Assembly (NCBI GenBank): GCA_934183155.1
Contig: CAKPSB010000003.1
Span: 3,818-67,817, forward strand
Source: an uncultured Bacilli bacterium
GTDB taxonomy: Bacteria; Bacillota_I; Bacilli_A; RF39; UBA660
Direction: 5' to 3'
Length of the DNA: 64,000 bases
Under the pieces are notes generated by a model. That model did no database searches. It was not told the origin of the DNA and worked only from the letters and a program-made list of their open reading frames with translations. Both the position numbers and the translations under genes were made by a program. Of the stretch, positions 1-9,185 are shown piece by piece (positions within the stretch are counted from its first letter, which is position 1; each line of letters begins with the position of its first letter).

Positions 1-270
1 AGCAACTATAACTTTTTCATCAATTTTAACATTTGGCGCACCACAAACAATCTGTAAAATACTCTTTCCAGTATCCACTTTACAAACTTTCAAATGATCA
101 CTATCAGGATGATTTTCACATTCTAAAACTTTACCAATAACAAGATTATCTATATGCTTTGTAATAACTTTTTCAATATTTATACCTGATTGTGTTATTT
201 TAACAGCTAATTCATTTAAATCTTGATCAGATAAATCAATATAATCTTTTACCCATTCTAAACTAATCAT
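1..270 (-). CDS. pheT: Phenylalanine--tRNA ligase beta subunit, N-terminal fragment. The gene continues beyond the window start.
   Basis: The minus-strand translation starts MISLEWVKDYIDLSDQDL...CGAPN, which is the typical PheT N-terminal tRNA-binding domain. The ATG lies 1 nt after the pheS stop, the usual pheS-pheT arrangement. Confidence 0.7.
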   Translation of the reverse strand, partial: MISLEWVKDYIDLSDQDLNELAVKITQSGINIEKVITKHIDNLVIGKVLECENHPDSDHLKVCKVDTGKSILQIVCGAPNVKIDEKVIVA

Positions 271-271
271 A

Positions 272-1312
272 TTACTCTGCCTCCTTTCTATCAAATATCC
301 TACTTTCTCTCAAATCAGTATTATAAAATACTCTACAATCATTAATATTATATTTAAGCATAGCTAAACGTTCTGCTCCAAATCCAAAAGCAAAGCCACT
401 CCACTCATTAGGATCATATCCACTCATTTTCAAAACATTTGGATGAACAACACCAGCTCCTGCCACTGTAATCCATCCTGTTTTTTTACATATATTACAT
501 CCTTTTCCCTTACAATTAAAACAACTAATATCAACTTCTACTGAAGGTTCAGTAAACTGATAATAACTTGGATGAAAACGTGTTTCAACATCTTCACCAA
601 ATAATTTTTTACAAATAATATCCAAAGTTCCTTTCAAATCGCTTAAACTAATATTCTTATCAACAAGCAATCCTTCTATTTGCATAAATTGATGTGAATG
701 AGTAGCATCATCATCATCTCTTCTATAAGTTTTACCTGGACAAATCATTCTAATTGGTGTCTTTCCTTCACCTTTTAACATTGTCCTAACTTGAACTGGT
801 GAAGTTTGGCTACGTAATAATATCTCTTCACCCTTTAAATAAAACGTATCTTGAGCATCTCTAGCTGGATGTCCTTTAGGAATGTTCAACATTTCAAAAT
901 TATATTTATCTTCCTCTATCTCAGGGCCATCAACCACATCATACCCCATAGACAAAAACACTTCTTCAACATCTTCAACTAATTTTTCCAAAATATTAGG
1001 AGCACCAATTTTCACATTATAACTAGGAAGACTAATATCAATAGTTTCACTTTTTAATTTTTCATTTAAAGCTAAAGACTCAAGCGCTTTTTTCTTCTCA
1101 TCATAAAAAGAATTAAAAGCACTTCTAATATCATTCACCTTTTTACCAAATTGTTTTTTCTCTTCATTTGGAACATTTTTTATTTCTTGATTTAATTCCG
1201 TAATTAATCCTTTTTTTCCAAGATATCTTACTTTTAAATCATTTAAATCATTTAAACTAGTAACACCAACTTTATCTTTTTCTAATAAATCTTCAAGTTC
1301 TTTTATTTTCAT
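272..1312 (-). CDS. pheS: Phenylalanine--tRNA ligase alpha subunit
   Basis: 346 aa. Class II aaRS motifs are present (…GWITVAGAGVVHPNVL…, FAFGFGAERLAMLKY), and the length is typical of bacterial PheS. Confidence 0.9.
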   Translation of the reverse strand: MKIKELEDLLEKDKVGVTSLNDLNDLKVRYLGKKGLITELNQEIKNVPNEEKKQFGKKVNDIRSAFNSFYDEKKKALESLALNEKLKSETIDISLPSYNVKIGAPNILEKLVEDVEEVFLSMGYDVVDGPEIEEDKYNFEMLNIPKGHPARDAQDTFYLKGEEILLRSQTSPVQVRTMLKGEGKTPIRMICPGKTYRRDDDDATHSHQFMQIEGLLVDKNISLSDLKGTLDIICKKLFGEDVETRFHPSYYQFTEPSVEVDISCFNCKGKGCNICKKTGWITVAGAGVVHPNVLKMSGYDPNEWSGFAFGFGAERLAMLKYNINDCRVFYNTDLRESRIFDRKEAE

Positions 1313-1319
1313 AATATCC

Positions 1320-1575
1320 TCCCTCTAAACAAAAATAACTATAAATTTAAGGACGACAAAATCGCGGTACCACCTTAATTTATAGTTATTACTATACACT
1401 TAAATCCTTTAACGCAAGATCACACGCTTACTATTAATAAGAACTCCTAAGACGAATTCATATAACTATATTACCTGTTTACACCACCCACAGGCTCTCT
1501 AAAAATAATCATCATACTACTACTTCTTAATCTTCGCTTTTCACATAAGATTATATCACACAATATATACTAAAG
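1320..1575 (-). ncRNA. T-box riboswitch leader upstream of pheS
   Basis: The minus strand carries AAGGTGGTACCGCG (plus-strand 1363-1376), matching the T-box consensus AAnnnGGGTGGnACCGCG. It is followed by a hairpin plus U-run just before the pheS RBS (GGGAGGATATTATG). The ~250 nt untranslated leader has a length typical of T-box leaders. Confidence 0.7.
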
Positions 1576-1582
1576 CAAAACA

Positions 1583-1855
1583 TTATTTTGTTTTTCCAAC
1601 CATATCATAAGCATCTATAGCTTGTTTCAGTCTCAACAAAGCTTCCGCCTTCTTTTGAGCAAGCATTTCTAATTGCCCCGGTTCAATTTTTTGAGCAAAA
1701 GGAAAATATGCGGAATTATCAAATATATTCTCAATTCCAACTTGTGGAAAAGATTCTAACACATGCAATTGAATTTCACCAATTTTTGAATAACCACCAT
1801 GTTTTCTATTTTCATAATTACTATTCATATTACTATTGATTTCAATTAACGTCAT
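1583..1855 (-). CDS. Hypothetical protein (90 aa). Its ATG directly abuts the TAG stop of the upstream ORF.
   Basis: ORF track. TAGATG junction with ORF 1856..2389. No recognisable motif. Confidence 0.4.
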   Translation of the reverse strand: MTLIEINSNMNSNYENRKHGGYSKIGEIQLHVLESFPQVGIENIFDNSAYFPFAQKIEPGQLEMLAQKKAEALLRLKQAIDAYDMVGKTK

Positions 1856-2389
1856 CTACTTTACCTCCGCTTCAGCCATTGCCTTTATAAGCATTTTTGA
1901 ATCATTTTTAAAATATGCATTATAAAATATATCCTCACCAACAATTTTACTAATTAAATTAGTCATAATAATTTCATCAGTAAAAAAATTATTATCAACA
2001 TCCCCAACTAAATTATTAGTTAAAATTTCTGTATATCCTTCATTCAAAGCTAAAAATGTATTATTTTCATCATTAAAACCATAACAATTACCATTTGCTG
2101 TAATTACTCCAAGTAAACTATGCATAAGCCAGTGTCTAGCATCAGATTCCGTAATAAGTCCATAATTAATAGCAATTTCATTATTATGAGCAATATACTT
2201 GCAAGGCATCTTTACTAAATACATACTTTCCCTTTTTATCTGTAACGTTTTAAGCCGGTCCTTTAAAGTCGTCAAATCCACATCTTTAAAAATTTCATGA
2301 AAAATAGTTACAAGTTCCATAATATTATCCTTAACTTCTAAAGTTAAATTTTCATTTGAATCCAAAGCAGCTTTGATTTCTTCTACCAT
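1856..2389 (-). CDS. Hypothetical protein (177 aa)
   Basis: ORF track. It is divergent from the ATP-grasp operon. Codon usage is consistent with neighbours. No recognisable family. Confidence 0.45.
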   Translation of the reverse strand: MVEEIKAALDSNENLTLEVKDNIMELVTIFHEIFKDVDLTTLKDRLKTLQIKRESMYLVKMPCKYIAHNNEIAINYGLITESDARHWLMHSLLGVITANGNCYGFNDENNTFLALNEGYTEILTNNLVGDVDNNFFTDEIIMTNLISKIVGEDIFYNAYFKNDSKMLIKAMAEAEVK

Positions 2390-2643
2390 AACTAAATCAC
2401 CTATGAGGTATTATACCATATGCCCAAATAAAAGTATACATCTTTTTCACCTTTTTTTGACATTTATTATACACTCTATACCATAATCTTCTCTTTATCC
2501 ATTAAAGCAAAATATAAAACAAATTTTTAAAAAAGTTTTCCACATAGTTTTCCACATTTTATTTTTTTAAAATAGAAACCAAACGTATAATTGCTTTATA
2601 CCCAATTTTGTTATATAATTAAAAACATAGAAAGAGGGATAAT

Positions 2644-3867
2644 ATGAAAACATTTCTTCCAATAATTCTTGGTACAGATGCCAACGCATACGGACTTGCT
2701 CGCTCATTTTATGATAAATATAAAATTAAATCTCTTGCTGTCGGTTCATTTGCTTTACGAGAAACAAAAAATAGTAAAATTATGGACGTACTAACAATTA
2801 AAAATTTTCAAAATGAGGATGTATTTTTAGAAAAATTAATCGAAATAGGTCAAAAATATAAAACACAATATGATGCCTTAATACTGCTATCTTGTGCTGA
2901 ATGGTATACAAATCCTATAGTCAACAATAAAGAAAAGTTAGAAAAATATTTTATATTACCATTCATGAATAAGGAAATAAAAGATGAACTAGAAGACAAA
3001 GAAAAATTTTACAACATCTGTGAAAAATATAATTTAGACTATCCAAAAACTTATATTGTAACTCAAAAAAACAAAGATGAAATAAATCTACCATTTCCAT
3101 TTCCAGTTGCCCTAAAACCTTCTAACTCTACAGCCTATTCAAAAGTAACCTTCGCTGGCAAAGAAAAAAGCTATAAAATAACAAATACAAAAGATTTGAA
3201 TGAAACAATAAATAAAATATTTTCATCAGGCTACAATGGTCATATAATTATTCAAGATTTTATACCAGGTTTAGATGACACAATGTACGTTTTAAACTGT
3301 TATTCAAATAAAAAAGGCAAAGTTAAAATGATGTGTTTAGGTAGATGCATACTAGAAGAACATACACCATATGGCGTAGGAAATTATAAAGCAATTATAT
3401 CAATGGGTAACAAAGAAATATACGAAAAAATTAAATATTTCTTAGAACAAATAAAATATGTTGGCTTCTCTAATTTTGATTTAAAATATGACTATCGAGA
3501 TAAAAAATACAAACTATTTGAAATAAATATAAGGCAAGGACGAAGTAGCTATTTTACAACTGCTTGTGGTAAAAATTTAGCTCAATATTTGATTGAAGAT
3601 TACATATTAAATGAAAACAAAGAAACCGATTACAATTATAATGAATTTCTATGGCTTCATACACCAAAAGTCTTATTAAAAAAATACGTCTACAATAAAG
3701 AAACATTAGAAAAAGCTTTAACTTTAATTAAAGAAAAAAAATATGCCTACACTTTAAAAAACAAAAAGGATAATAGTTTAATAAGAACATTTTGGATAAA
3801 CAGAATATATAACAAAGACAAAAAAATGTTTAAACTTTATCCCCCAAAAAAGGATGATGAATTATGA
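2644..3867 (+). CDS. ATP-grasp carboxylate-amine ligase, a putative D-aspartate ligase of the peptidoglycan cross-bridge
   Basis: 407 aa. The N-terminus ILGTDANAYGLARSF and the overall pattern look like ATP-grasp/PylC-like ligases. It overlaps the start of the downstream racemase by 4 nt (operon). RBS is AGAGGGATAATATG. Confidence 0.55.
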   Translation: MKTFLPIILGTDANAYGLARSFYDKYKIKSLAVGSFALRETKNSKIMDVLTIKNFQNEDVFLEKLIEIGQKYKTQYDALILLSCAEWYTNPIVNNKEKLEKYFILPFMNKEIKDELEDKEKFYNICEKYNLDYPKTYIVTQKNKDEINLPFPFPVALKPSNSTAYSKVTFAGKEKSYKITNTKDLNETINKIFSSGYNGHIIIQDFIPGLDDTMYVLNCYSNKKGKVKMMCLGRCILEEHTPYGVGNYKAIISMGNKEIYEKIKYFLEQIKYVGFSNFDLKYDYRDKKYKLFEINIRQGRSSYFTTACGKNLAQYLIEDYILNENKETDYNYNEFLWLHTPKVLLKKYVYNKETLEKALTLIKEKKYAYTLKNKKDNSLIRTFWINRIYNKDKKMFKLYPPKKDDEL

Positions 3868-4541
3868 AATATGATTTAGGAATAGTTGGTGGTCTGGGTC
3901 CTCTAGCAAGCTGCTACTTCTATGAATTAATAACAAAAAAAACAAAAGTAAATAAAGATCAAGATCATTTAAACATCATAATCCTAAGTGATGCAAAAAC
4001 ACCTGATAGAACATCATACATCTTAGATAACAAAAAAGAAAACCCTTATCCCTATTTACTAAACGATTGTAAAACATTGCAAAAATTAGGCTGCAAATTA
4101 ATTTGCATACCATGCAATACTTCAGTATACTTTCACGATAAATTACAAAAAAACTTAAATATAAAACTTAGTAATATGATTGAAAACACTATAGAATTTA
4201 TTAAAAACAATAATTATAAAAAAGTCGCAATTATGGCTACAACTGGTACAATTAATTCAAATTTATACCAAACATATTTACAAAAAAACAACATACAATT
4301 TATATTACCAAATCAAGAAAACGTCATGAAAATAATTTACAACTACGTAAAACAAGGAAAACAAGTACCAAAAGATTTATGGGATAAAACAGTAGGGACT
4401 CTAAATGTAGATGCCATAATTTTAGGGTGCACAGAGCTTTCCATTTTAAAAAAAGATTTCAAACTAAATGATAAATATATTGATCCCTTGGAAATTGAAA
4501 CAGATAAAGTATTAAAATTTTTTAACAAAGAAAGGTTGTGA
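3864..4541 (+). CDS. Asp/Glu racemase family protein, likely aspartate racemase
   Basis: 225 aa. GIVGGLGPLAS is present, and both catalytic-Cys motifs are there (…IPCNTSVYFH… and …ILGCTELS…). Confidence 0.7.
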   Translation: MKYDLGIVGGLGPLASCYFYELITKKTKVNKDQDHLNIIILSDAKTPDRTSYILDNKKENPYPYLLNDCKTLQKLGCKLICIPCNTSVYFHDKLQKNLNIKLSNMIENTIEFIKNNNYKKVAIMATTGTINSNLYQTYLQKNNIQFILPNQENVMKIIYNYVKQGKQVPKDLWDKTVGTLNVDAIILGCTELSILKKDFKLNDKYIDPLEIETDKVLKFFNKERL

Positions 4542-4545
4542 AACT

Positions 4546-6375
4546 ATGTGTGGATTTTGTGGATACATAAACAAAAAAGAAAAAGATAATATCAAAAAAA
4601 TGAACGATATGATTGCCCATCGTGGCCCCGATGACGAATCTTACTACAAAGATGATTTTATAGCTATGGGTTTTAGAAGACTTTCTATAATTGACCTTAA
4701 GGGTGGTAGACAACCAATGAGTAATGAAGATGACTCTTTATATATTACTTTCAACGGTGAAATTTATAACTTTCAAACCATAAAAGAAGATTTAGTAAAA
4801 AAAGGTCATACTTTTAAAACAAAAACTGATACCGAAGTTATTTTACATGGTTATGAAGAATATGGTAAAGATATATTAAATAAACTAAGAGGTATGTTTG
4901 CTTTTGTAATTTGGGATAAAAAAAATGAAACATTATTTGGAGCACGTGATCACTTTGGTCAAAAACCATTTTACTATGCCAATATGAATGGTACATTTAT
5001 GTACTCTTCTGAAATAAAAAGTTTCTTAAAACATCCTGATTTTATAAAAAAAATTAATAAAGATGCTTTAAAACCTTATTTAACTTTTCAAACATCAGTA
5101 CTTAATGAAACATTTTTTAGTGGTGTATACAAATTAAAACCAGGACACTATTTTATATATGAATTAAAAAACAACAATTTTAAAACAGAAGCTTATTATA
5201 ATGTTGAATTTACTCCAATAAAACAAGATTTTGATAAATTAGTTAATGAAATTGACAAAACAATAACTAAATCAATAGATACCCATCTAATTAGTGATGT
5301 TCCAATTGGTGCATACCTTTCAGGAGGAATTGACTCATCATATGTCGTTAGTTATCTAAAACCAGATAAAACTTTCTCAGTTGGTTTTGATTACCAAAAC
5401 TTTAATGAAGTTCCTTATGCTAAACAATTATCAGATATGCTTCATATTCAAAATAAAAACGAGCTAATAAATGCTGACGACTTTTTCGAAAGCATAGAAA
5501 ACGTAGAATATTATGCTGATGAACCAACAGCAAATTTATCTGCGGTTCCATTATATTTTCTATCAAAACTAGCTGTGAAGGATGTCAAAGTTGTTCTATC
5601 AGGTGAAGGAGCTGACGAATTATTTGGCGGATACATCAATTATGACGATGATATAAAACTTAAAAAATATCGTAAACTACCATTTTGCCTAAGAAAATTT
5701 ATTAAAACCATCATCTCACCTTTTCCAACATTCCATGGAAAAAATTTCTTAACAAAAGGTGGCAGTAAATTAGAAGACTACTACATTGGTCAAGCCTTTG
5801 TTTTTGATGGCAAAGAAGCTAATAATATTTTATCAAACAAATACAAAAGCAATTTAAAATTTCAAGATATAACTAAACCATACTTTGACAAAGTCAAAAA
5901 TGAAGACGAAGTTACCAAAAAACAATATTTAGATATGAACTTTTGGCTTCCAAACGACATATTATTAAAAGCCGATAAAATGAGTATGGCTAATTCCTTA
6001 GAACTTAGAACACCAATACTAGATAAAGAAGTATTTTCCCTAGCCTCTACCATTCCTGTAGACTATAAAATAACTCATAACACCACTAAATATATCTTAA
6101 GAAAAGCCGCTGCAAAAAGAATACCTGAACAATGGTATAAAAGAAGAAAAAAAGGATTTCCAGTTCCAATAATAAAATGGTTTAGAGAAGAAAAATATTA
6201 TAACATTGTTAAAGAAATGTTTAACCAAGACTTTACCAGTGAATTCTTTGACCAAAAAAAATTATTAAAAATGCTAGAAGAACATTATAAAGGTAAAAAA
6301 AATAACTGTCGAAAAATATGGACAGTTTATGTATTCTTAGTTTGGTATAAAAAATTCTTTGTTGATTTTGCTTAA
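4546..6375 (+). CDS. asnB: Asparagine synthase (glutamine-hydrolysing), AsnB/AsnH-like
   Basis: 609 aa. The N-terminus is MCGFCGY (class II GATase with Cys2), and the PP-loop SGGIDSS is present. Confidence 0.85.
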   Translation: MCGFCGYINKKEKDNIKKMNDMIAHRGPDDESYYKDDFIAMGFRRLSIIDLKGGRQPMSNEDDSLYITFNGEIYNFQTIKEDLVKKGHTFKTKTDTEVILHGYEEYGKDILNKLRGMFAFVIWDKKNETLFGARDHFGQKPFYYANMNGTFMYSSEIKSFLKHPDFIKKINKDALKPYLTFQTSVLNETFFSGVYKLKPGHYFIYELKNNNFKTEAYYNVEFTPIKQDFDKLVNEIDKTITKSIDTHLISDVPIGAYLSGGIDSSYVVSYLKPDKTFSVGFDYQNFNEVPYAKQLSDMLHIQNKNELINADDFFESIENVEYYADEPTANLSAVPLYFLSKLAVKDVKVVLSGEGADELFGGYINYDDDIKLKKYRKLPFCLRKFIKTIISPFPTFHGKNFLTKGGSKLEDYYIGQAFVFDGKEANNILSNKYKSNLKFQDITKPYFDKVKNEDEVTKKQYLDMNFWLPNDILLKADKMSMANSLELRTPILDKEVFSLASTIPVDYKITHNTTKYILRKAAAKRIPEQWYKRRKKGFPVPIIKWFREEKYYNIVKEMFNQDFTSEFFDQKKLLKMLEEHYKGKKNNCRKIWTVYVFLVWYKKFFVDFA

Positions 6376-6377
6376 AA

Positions 6378-6400
6378 AACCTAAAATAGGTTTTTTTATT
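6378..6400. terminator. Bidirectional rho-independent terminator between the convergent asnB and the 121-aa ORF
   Basis: aaaAACCTAaaaTAGGTTttttt hairpin with flanking A and T runs. Confidence 0.5.
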
Positions 6401-6761
6401 TATGTAAAACTAACTTAGAACTTTTATTATAATCAAACCCTTCTAAATATTTAATTTTTGCTAAAGCAAAAGAATTAACAAGTGGCCTAGATACATTAAT
6501 TGGATAAGCCATAACCAGCCTTTCTTTAGAATACTTAATTTTATCCAAAGGAAGAGTATCAATAATATCTATAATACTATTACTATATTGATAAAGATAT
6601 TGCCATTTAAAATATGGACTATTCTCATTTATATCAGATTTAATTATTTCATTAATATTAATACCTTCAATTTTAGATAATTCATCAAAGTATCTTTTGT
6701 TCATTAGCCTAATACTAATTTTTATATTTTCAAGTTCATCTAAATATATTTCACTTTCCAT
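6396..6761 (-). CDS. Hypothetical protein (121 aa)
   Basis: ORF track. Located downstream of clpC on the same strand. No recognisable motif. Confidence 0.35.
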   Translation of the reverse strand: MESEIYLDELENIKISIRLMNKRYFDELSKIEGININEIIKSDINENSPYFKWQYLYQYSNSIIDIIDTLPLDKIKYSKERLVMAYPINVSRPLVNSFALAKIKYLEGFDYNKSSKLVLHK

Positions 6762-6820
6762 AATATACCTCCTTCTTTTAGTAAAACGTATAATATATCA
6801 TTTTATTATTTATGTCAAAT

Positions 6821-9106
6821 TTATACACCCTGTTTCAAAGAATTAATTATAATTTCTTTTTTATCCTCTATAATACCATCAATAACAATATTTTCTACCT
6901 TATCCTTAATGACTTTCTTAATCTTTCTAGCGCCATATATTTTATAATCTATCAAAGAAATAATTTCATCAATAATTTCATTAGATATCTTAATTTTAAT
7001 TTTATCTTTATACTTATTTTTAAAATTTTTAAGTTCCAATTTAATTATTTTTTTAACATCATTTTCATTTAAATCATTAAATTTAATAACTTTATCCACC
7101 CTATTCATAAATGGTACTGAAAAACTTTCATTTAATCTAGAGGTCCTAAACTCATTATTAAACCCAACATTTATTTCATGAAAACCAGCGTTTGAAGTCA
7201 TAATTATAACTACATTATCAAATCTAATTTCCTTACCCTTATTGTTTTTTATTCTCCCCTCATCAAGAACTTGAAGAAACAAATTTATAATATTTCTATG
7301 AGCTTTTTCTATTTCATCTAAAATTAAAACCGAATATGGTTTATTTCTAATTTGTTCTAAAATATTACTATCGTCATATCCTATATATCCTGCTGGAGCC
7401 CCTATTAATTTACTTATACTGTGAGCCTCTTTATATTCACTCATATCTAGTTTAATAACATTATTTTCCCCTACTAATATCTTTCCAAACAATTTAGCTA
7501 AAGCCGTCTTACCTACACCAGAAGATCCACAAAACAAAAACGAAAAACATTTATCATTAAAACCTAATTTTATTTTTTTAAAAATATTACATACTTCTTT
7601 AACCGCTTCATCTTGTCCAATAATCAACTTATTTATTTTTTGTGTTGCTTGAGTAATCATCTTCGACTTTTGATTAAGAATTTCATATGTTGGAATATTA
7701 GTCTTATCATTTATTACTTTAGCCACATCTAACGCTTCTACCTTTTGTAAACGTTTTTTATAAATAGAAAGTTCCAAATTATTAATCAAATTCATTAAAG
7801 AAACCTCTTTATTTTTTAAACTACTAGCTTTTTCAAAATCATTATCCAAAATAGCCTTTTCTTTTAATTTAATAACCTCTTTCAACTCTTTATTATACTT
7901 TCCATAATTCTTTAAAGATTTATTTTCTTTTAAACTTACCTTAGCACAAACTTCATCTAAAACATCTATTGACCTATCTGGTTCATTACGATTATAAATA
8001 TACTTGTCAGACAAATTTATAATTAAATCTATAATTTTCTCATCAATTATAACTTTATGATAATTTTCATATACACCCTTTAAATTCATTAAAATCTTTT
8101 TTACCATTTCCTTAGAAGGTGCTTCAATAAAAACCTTTTGAAATCTTCTTTCTAAAGCACTATCTTTTTCAATGTACCTCTTATACTCATCAATTGTAGT
8201 AGCGCCAATACACCTTATTTTTCCACGGGCTAAAGCCGGCTTAAATATATTAGAAGCATCAATAGCTCCTTCAGCTCCTCCAGCACCAACAAGCGTATGA
8301 ACTTCATCAATAAATAAAATAATATCATTATCATTTTCAACTTCACTTAAAATCTTATTTAACTTTTCTTCAAATTCACCACGATATTTTGTACCAGCAA
8401 CCACCGAAGACATATCTAAACTTATAATTTTTTTGTTTTTCAAAGATAAAGGAACATCACCATTCACAATCATACAAGCTAAAGCTTCAACAATAGCCGT
8501 TTTACCAACACCAGCTTGCCCTATTAATATAGGATTATTTTTGCATCTTCTAGACAAAATTTCAATAACCCTTTTTATCTCTTCATCTCTACCAGTAATA
8601 GGATCTAACTCCCCATTAATAGCTTTTTCATTTAAATTAATACCAAGCTTTTCCGTAAGCGTTTTTTTATTGTTTTTAGGATATATAATCTTGTCTGAAA
8701 ACTCATTATATAATTCATCTATATCAACATTCATACTTACTAAAACCCTAATTGCAACTCCTTCACCTTCATCTAAAAGACTAGAAAATAAATGACCTAT
8801 TGTAACTAATCCATCATTATTTTCTTTAGCGTCTTCTGTAGCATTTTCAAGTATTCTCTTCAAAAGAGGTGTATATAAAAACCATTTACTATGTTTACTA
8901 CCCTTACCAATTATTTTTATAATTTTTTCTTTAAATGCTATATAATCTACACCATATTCTTTTAATTTACGAGAAACTACATTATCACCTTTTAAAATTG
9001 CTAAAAGCAAATGTTCAGACGAAACATAAGGATGATTTAATTCATACATTTCCTTTTTTGCTACCTCAATTACTTTTCTTGCTTCTTCTTCAAAATTACC
9101 AAACAT
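6821..9106 (-). CDS. clpC: ClpC-like AAA+ ATP-dependent Clp protease ATP-binding subunit. Likely start is M12 of the track ORF.
   Basis: There is a Clp_N domain ([14 protein letters not shown]) and two AAA+ modules (GQAGVGKTA; [11 protein letters not shown]; Walker [10 protein letters not shown]). The VGF tripeptide (HEINVGFNN) is the ClpP-docking motif. RBS AAAGGGG sits 8 nt before the ATG at 9106. Confidence 0.8.
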   Translation of the reverse strand: MFGNFEEEARKVIEVAKKEMYELNHPYVSSEHLLLAILKGDNVVSRKLKEYGVDYIAFKEKIIKIIGKGSKHSKWFLYTPLLKRILENATEDAKENNDGLVTIGHLFSSLLDEGEGVAIRVLVSMNVDIDELYNEFSDKIIYPKNNKKTLTEKLGINLNEKAINGELDPITGRDEEIKRVIEILSRRCKNNPILIGQAGVGKTAIVEALACMIVNGDVPLSLKNKKIISLDMSSVVAGTKYRGEFEEKLNKILSEVENDNDIILFIDEVHTLVGAGGAEGAIDASNIFKPALARGKIRCIGATTIDEYKRYIEKDSALERRFQKVFIEAPSKEMVKKILMNLKGVYENYHKVIIDEKIIDLIINLSDKYIYNRNEPDRSIDVLDEVCAKVSLKENKSLKNYGKYNKELKEVIKLKEKAILDNDFEKASSLKNKEVSLMNLINNLELSIYKKRLQKVEALDVAKVINDKTNIPTYEILNQKSKMITQATQKINKLIIGQDEAVKEVCNIFKKIKLGFNDKCFSFLFCGSSGVGKTALAKLFGKILVGENNVIKLDMSEYKEAHSISKLIGAPAGYIGYDDSNILEQIRNKPYSVLILDEIEKAHRNIINLFLQVLDEGRIKNNKGKEIRFDNVVIIMTSNAGFHEINVGFNNEFRTSRLNESFSVPFMNRVDKVIKFNDLNENDVKKIIKLELKNFKNKYKDKIKIKISNEIIDEIISLIDYKIYGARKIKKVIKDKVENIVIDGIIEDKKEIIINSLKQGV

Positions 9107-9185
9107 TTTTATACCCCTTTCAATATATCCTATGTACATAATGGTAATATTTGAATAATTTTAAACAACAAAAAACTTTATATTT

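Noticed and set aside
1853-1858. In-frame TAG between the two unknown ORFs as programmed read-through or pyrrolysine
   Set aside because: TAG is used as an ordinary stop by other genes here (cse60-like, yqzL-like). No pyl genes are in the window. A coupled two-gene arrangement or a simple inactivating mutation is more parsimonious.
4343-4713. Short antisense or overlapping ORFs inside larger genes. Examples: 4343..4528, 4522..4713, 5862..6053, 6812..7072, 8433..8795, 8935..9141, 12804..13082, 23248..23499, 24283..24621, 25856..26047, 26825..27016, 30810..31010, 32258..32446, 36663..36854, 38131..38322, 38529..38984, 39105..39359, 41178..41375, 41564..41755, 43434..43616, 44848..45063, 45955..46182, 57531..57737, 61175..61600.
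   Set aside because: Each lies entirely within, or antisense to, a well-supported gene with clear family motifs. The translations are low-complexity (Ile/Phe/Leu/Ser-rich), as expected from AT-rich antisense frames.
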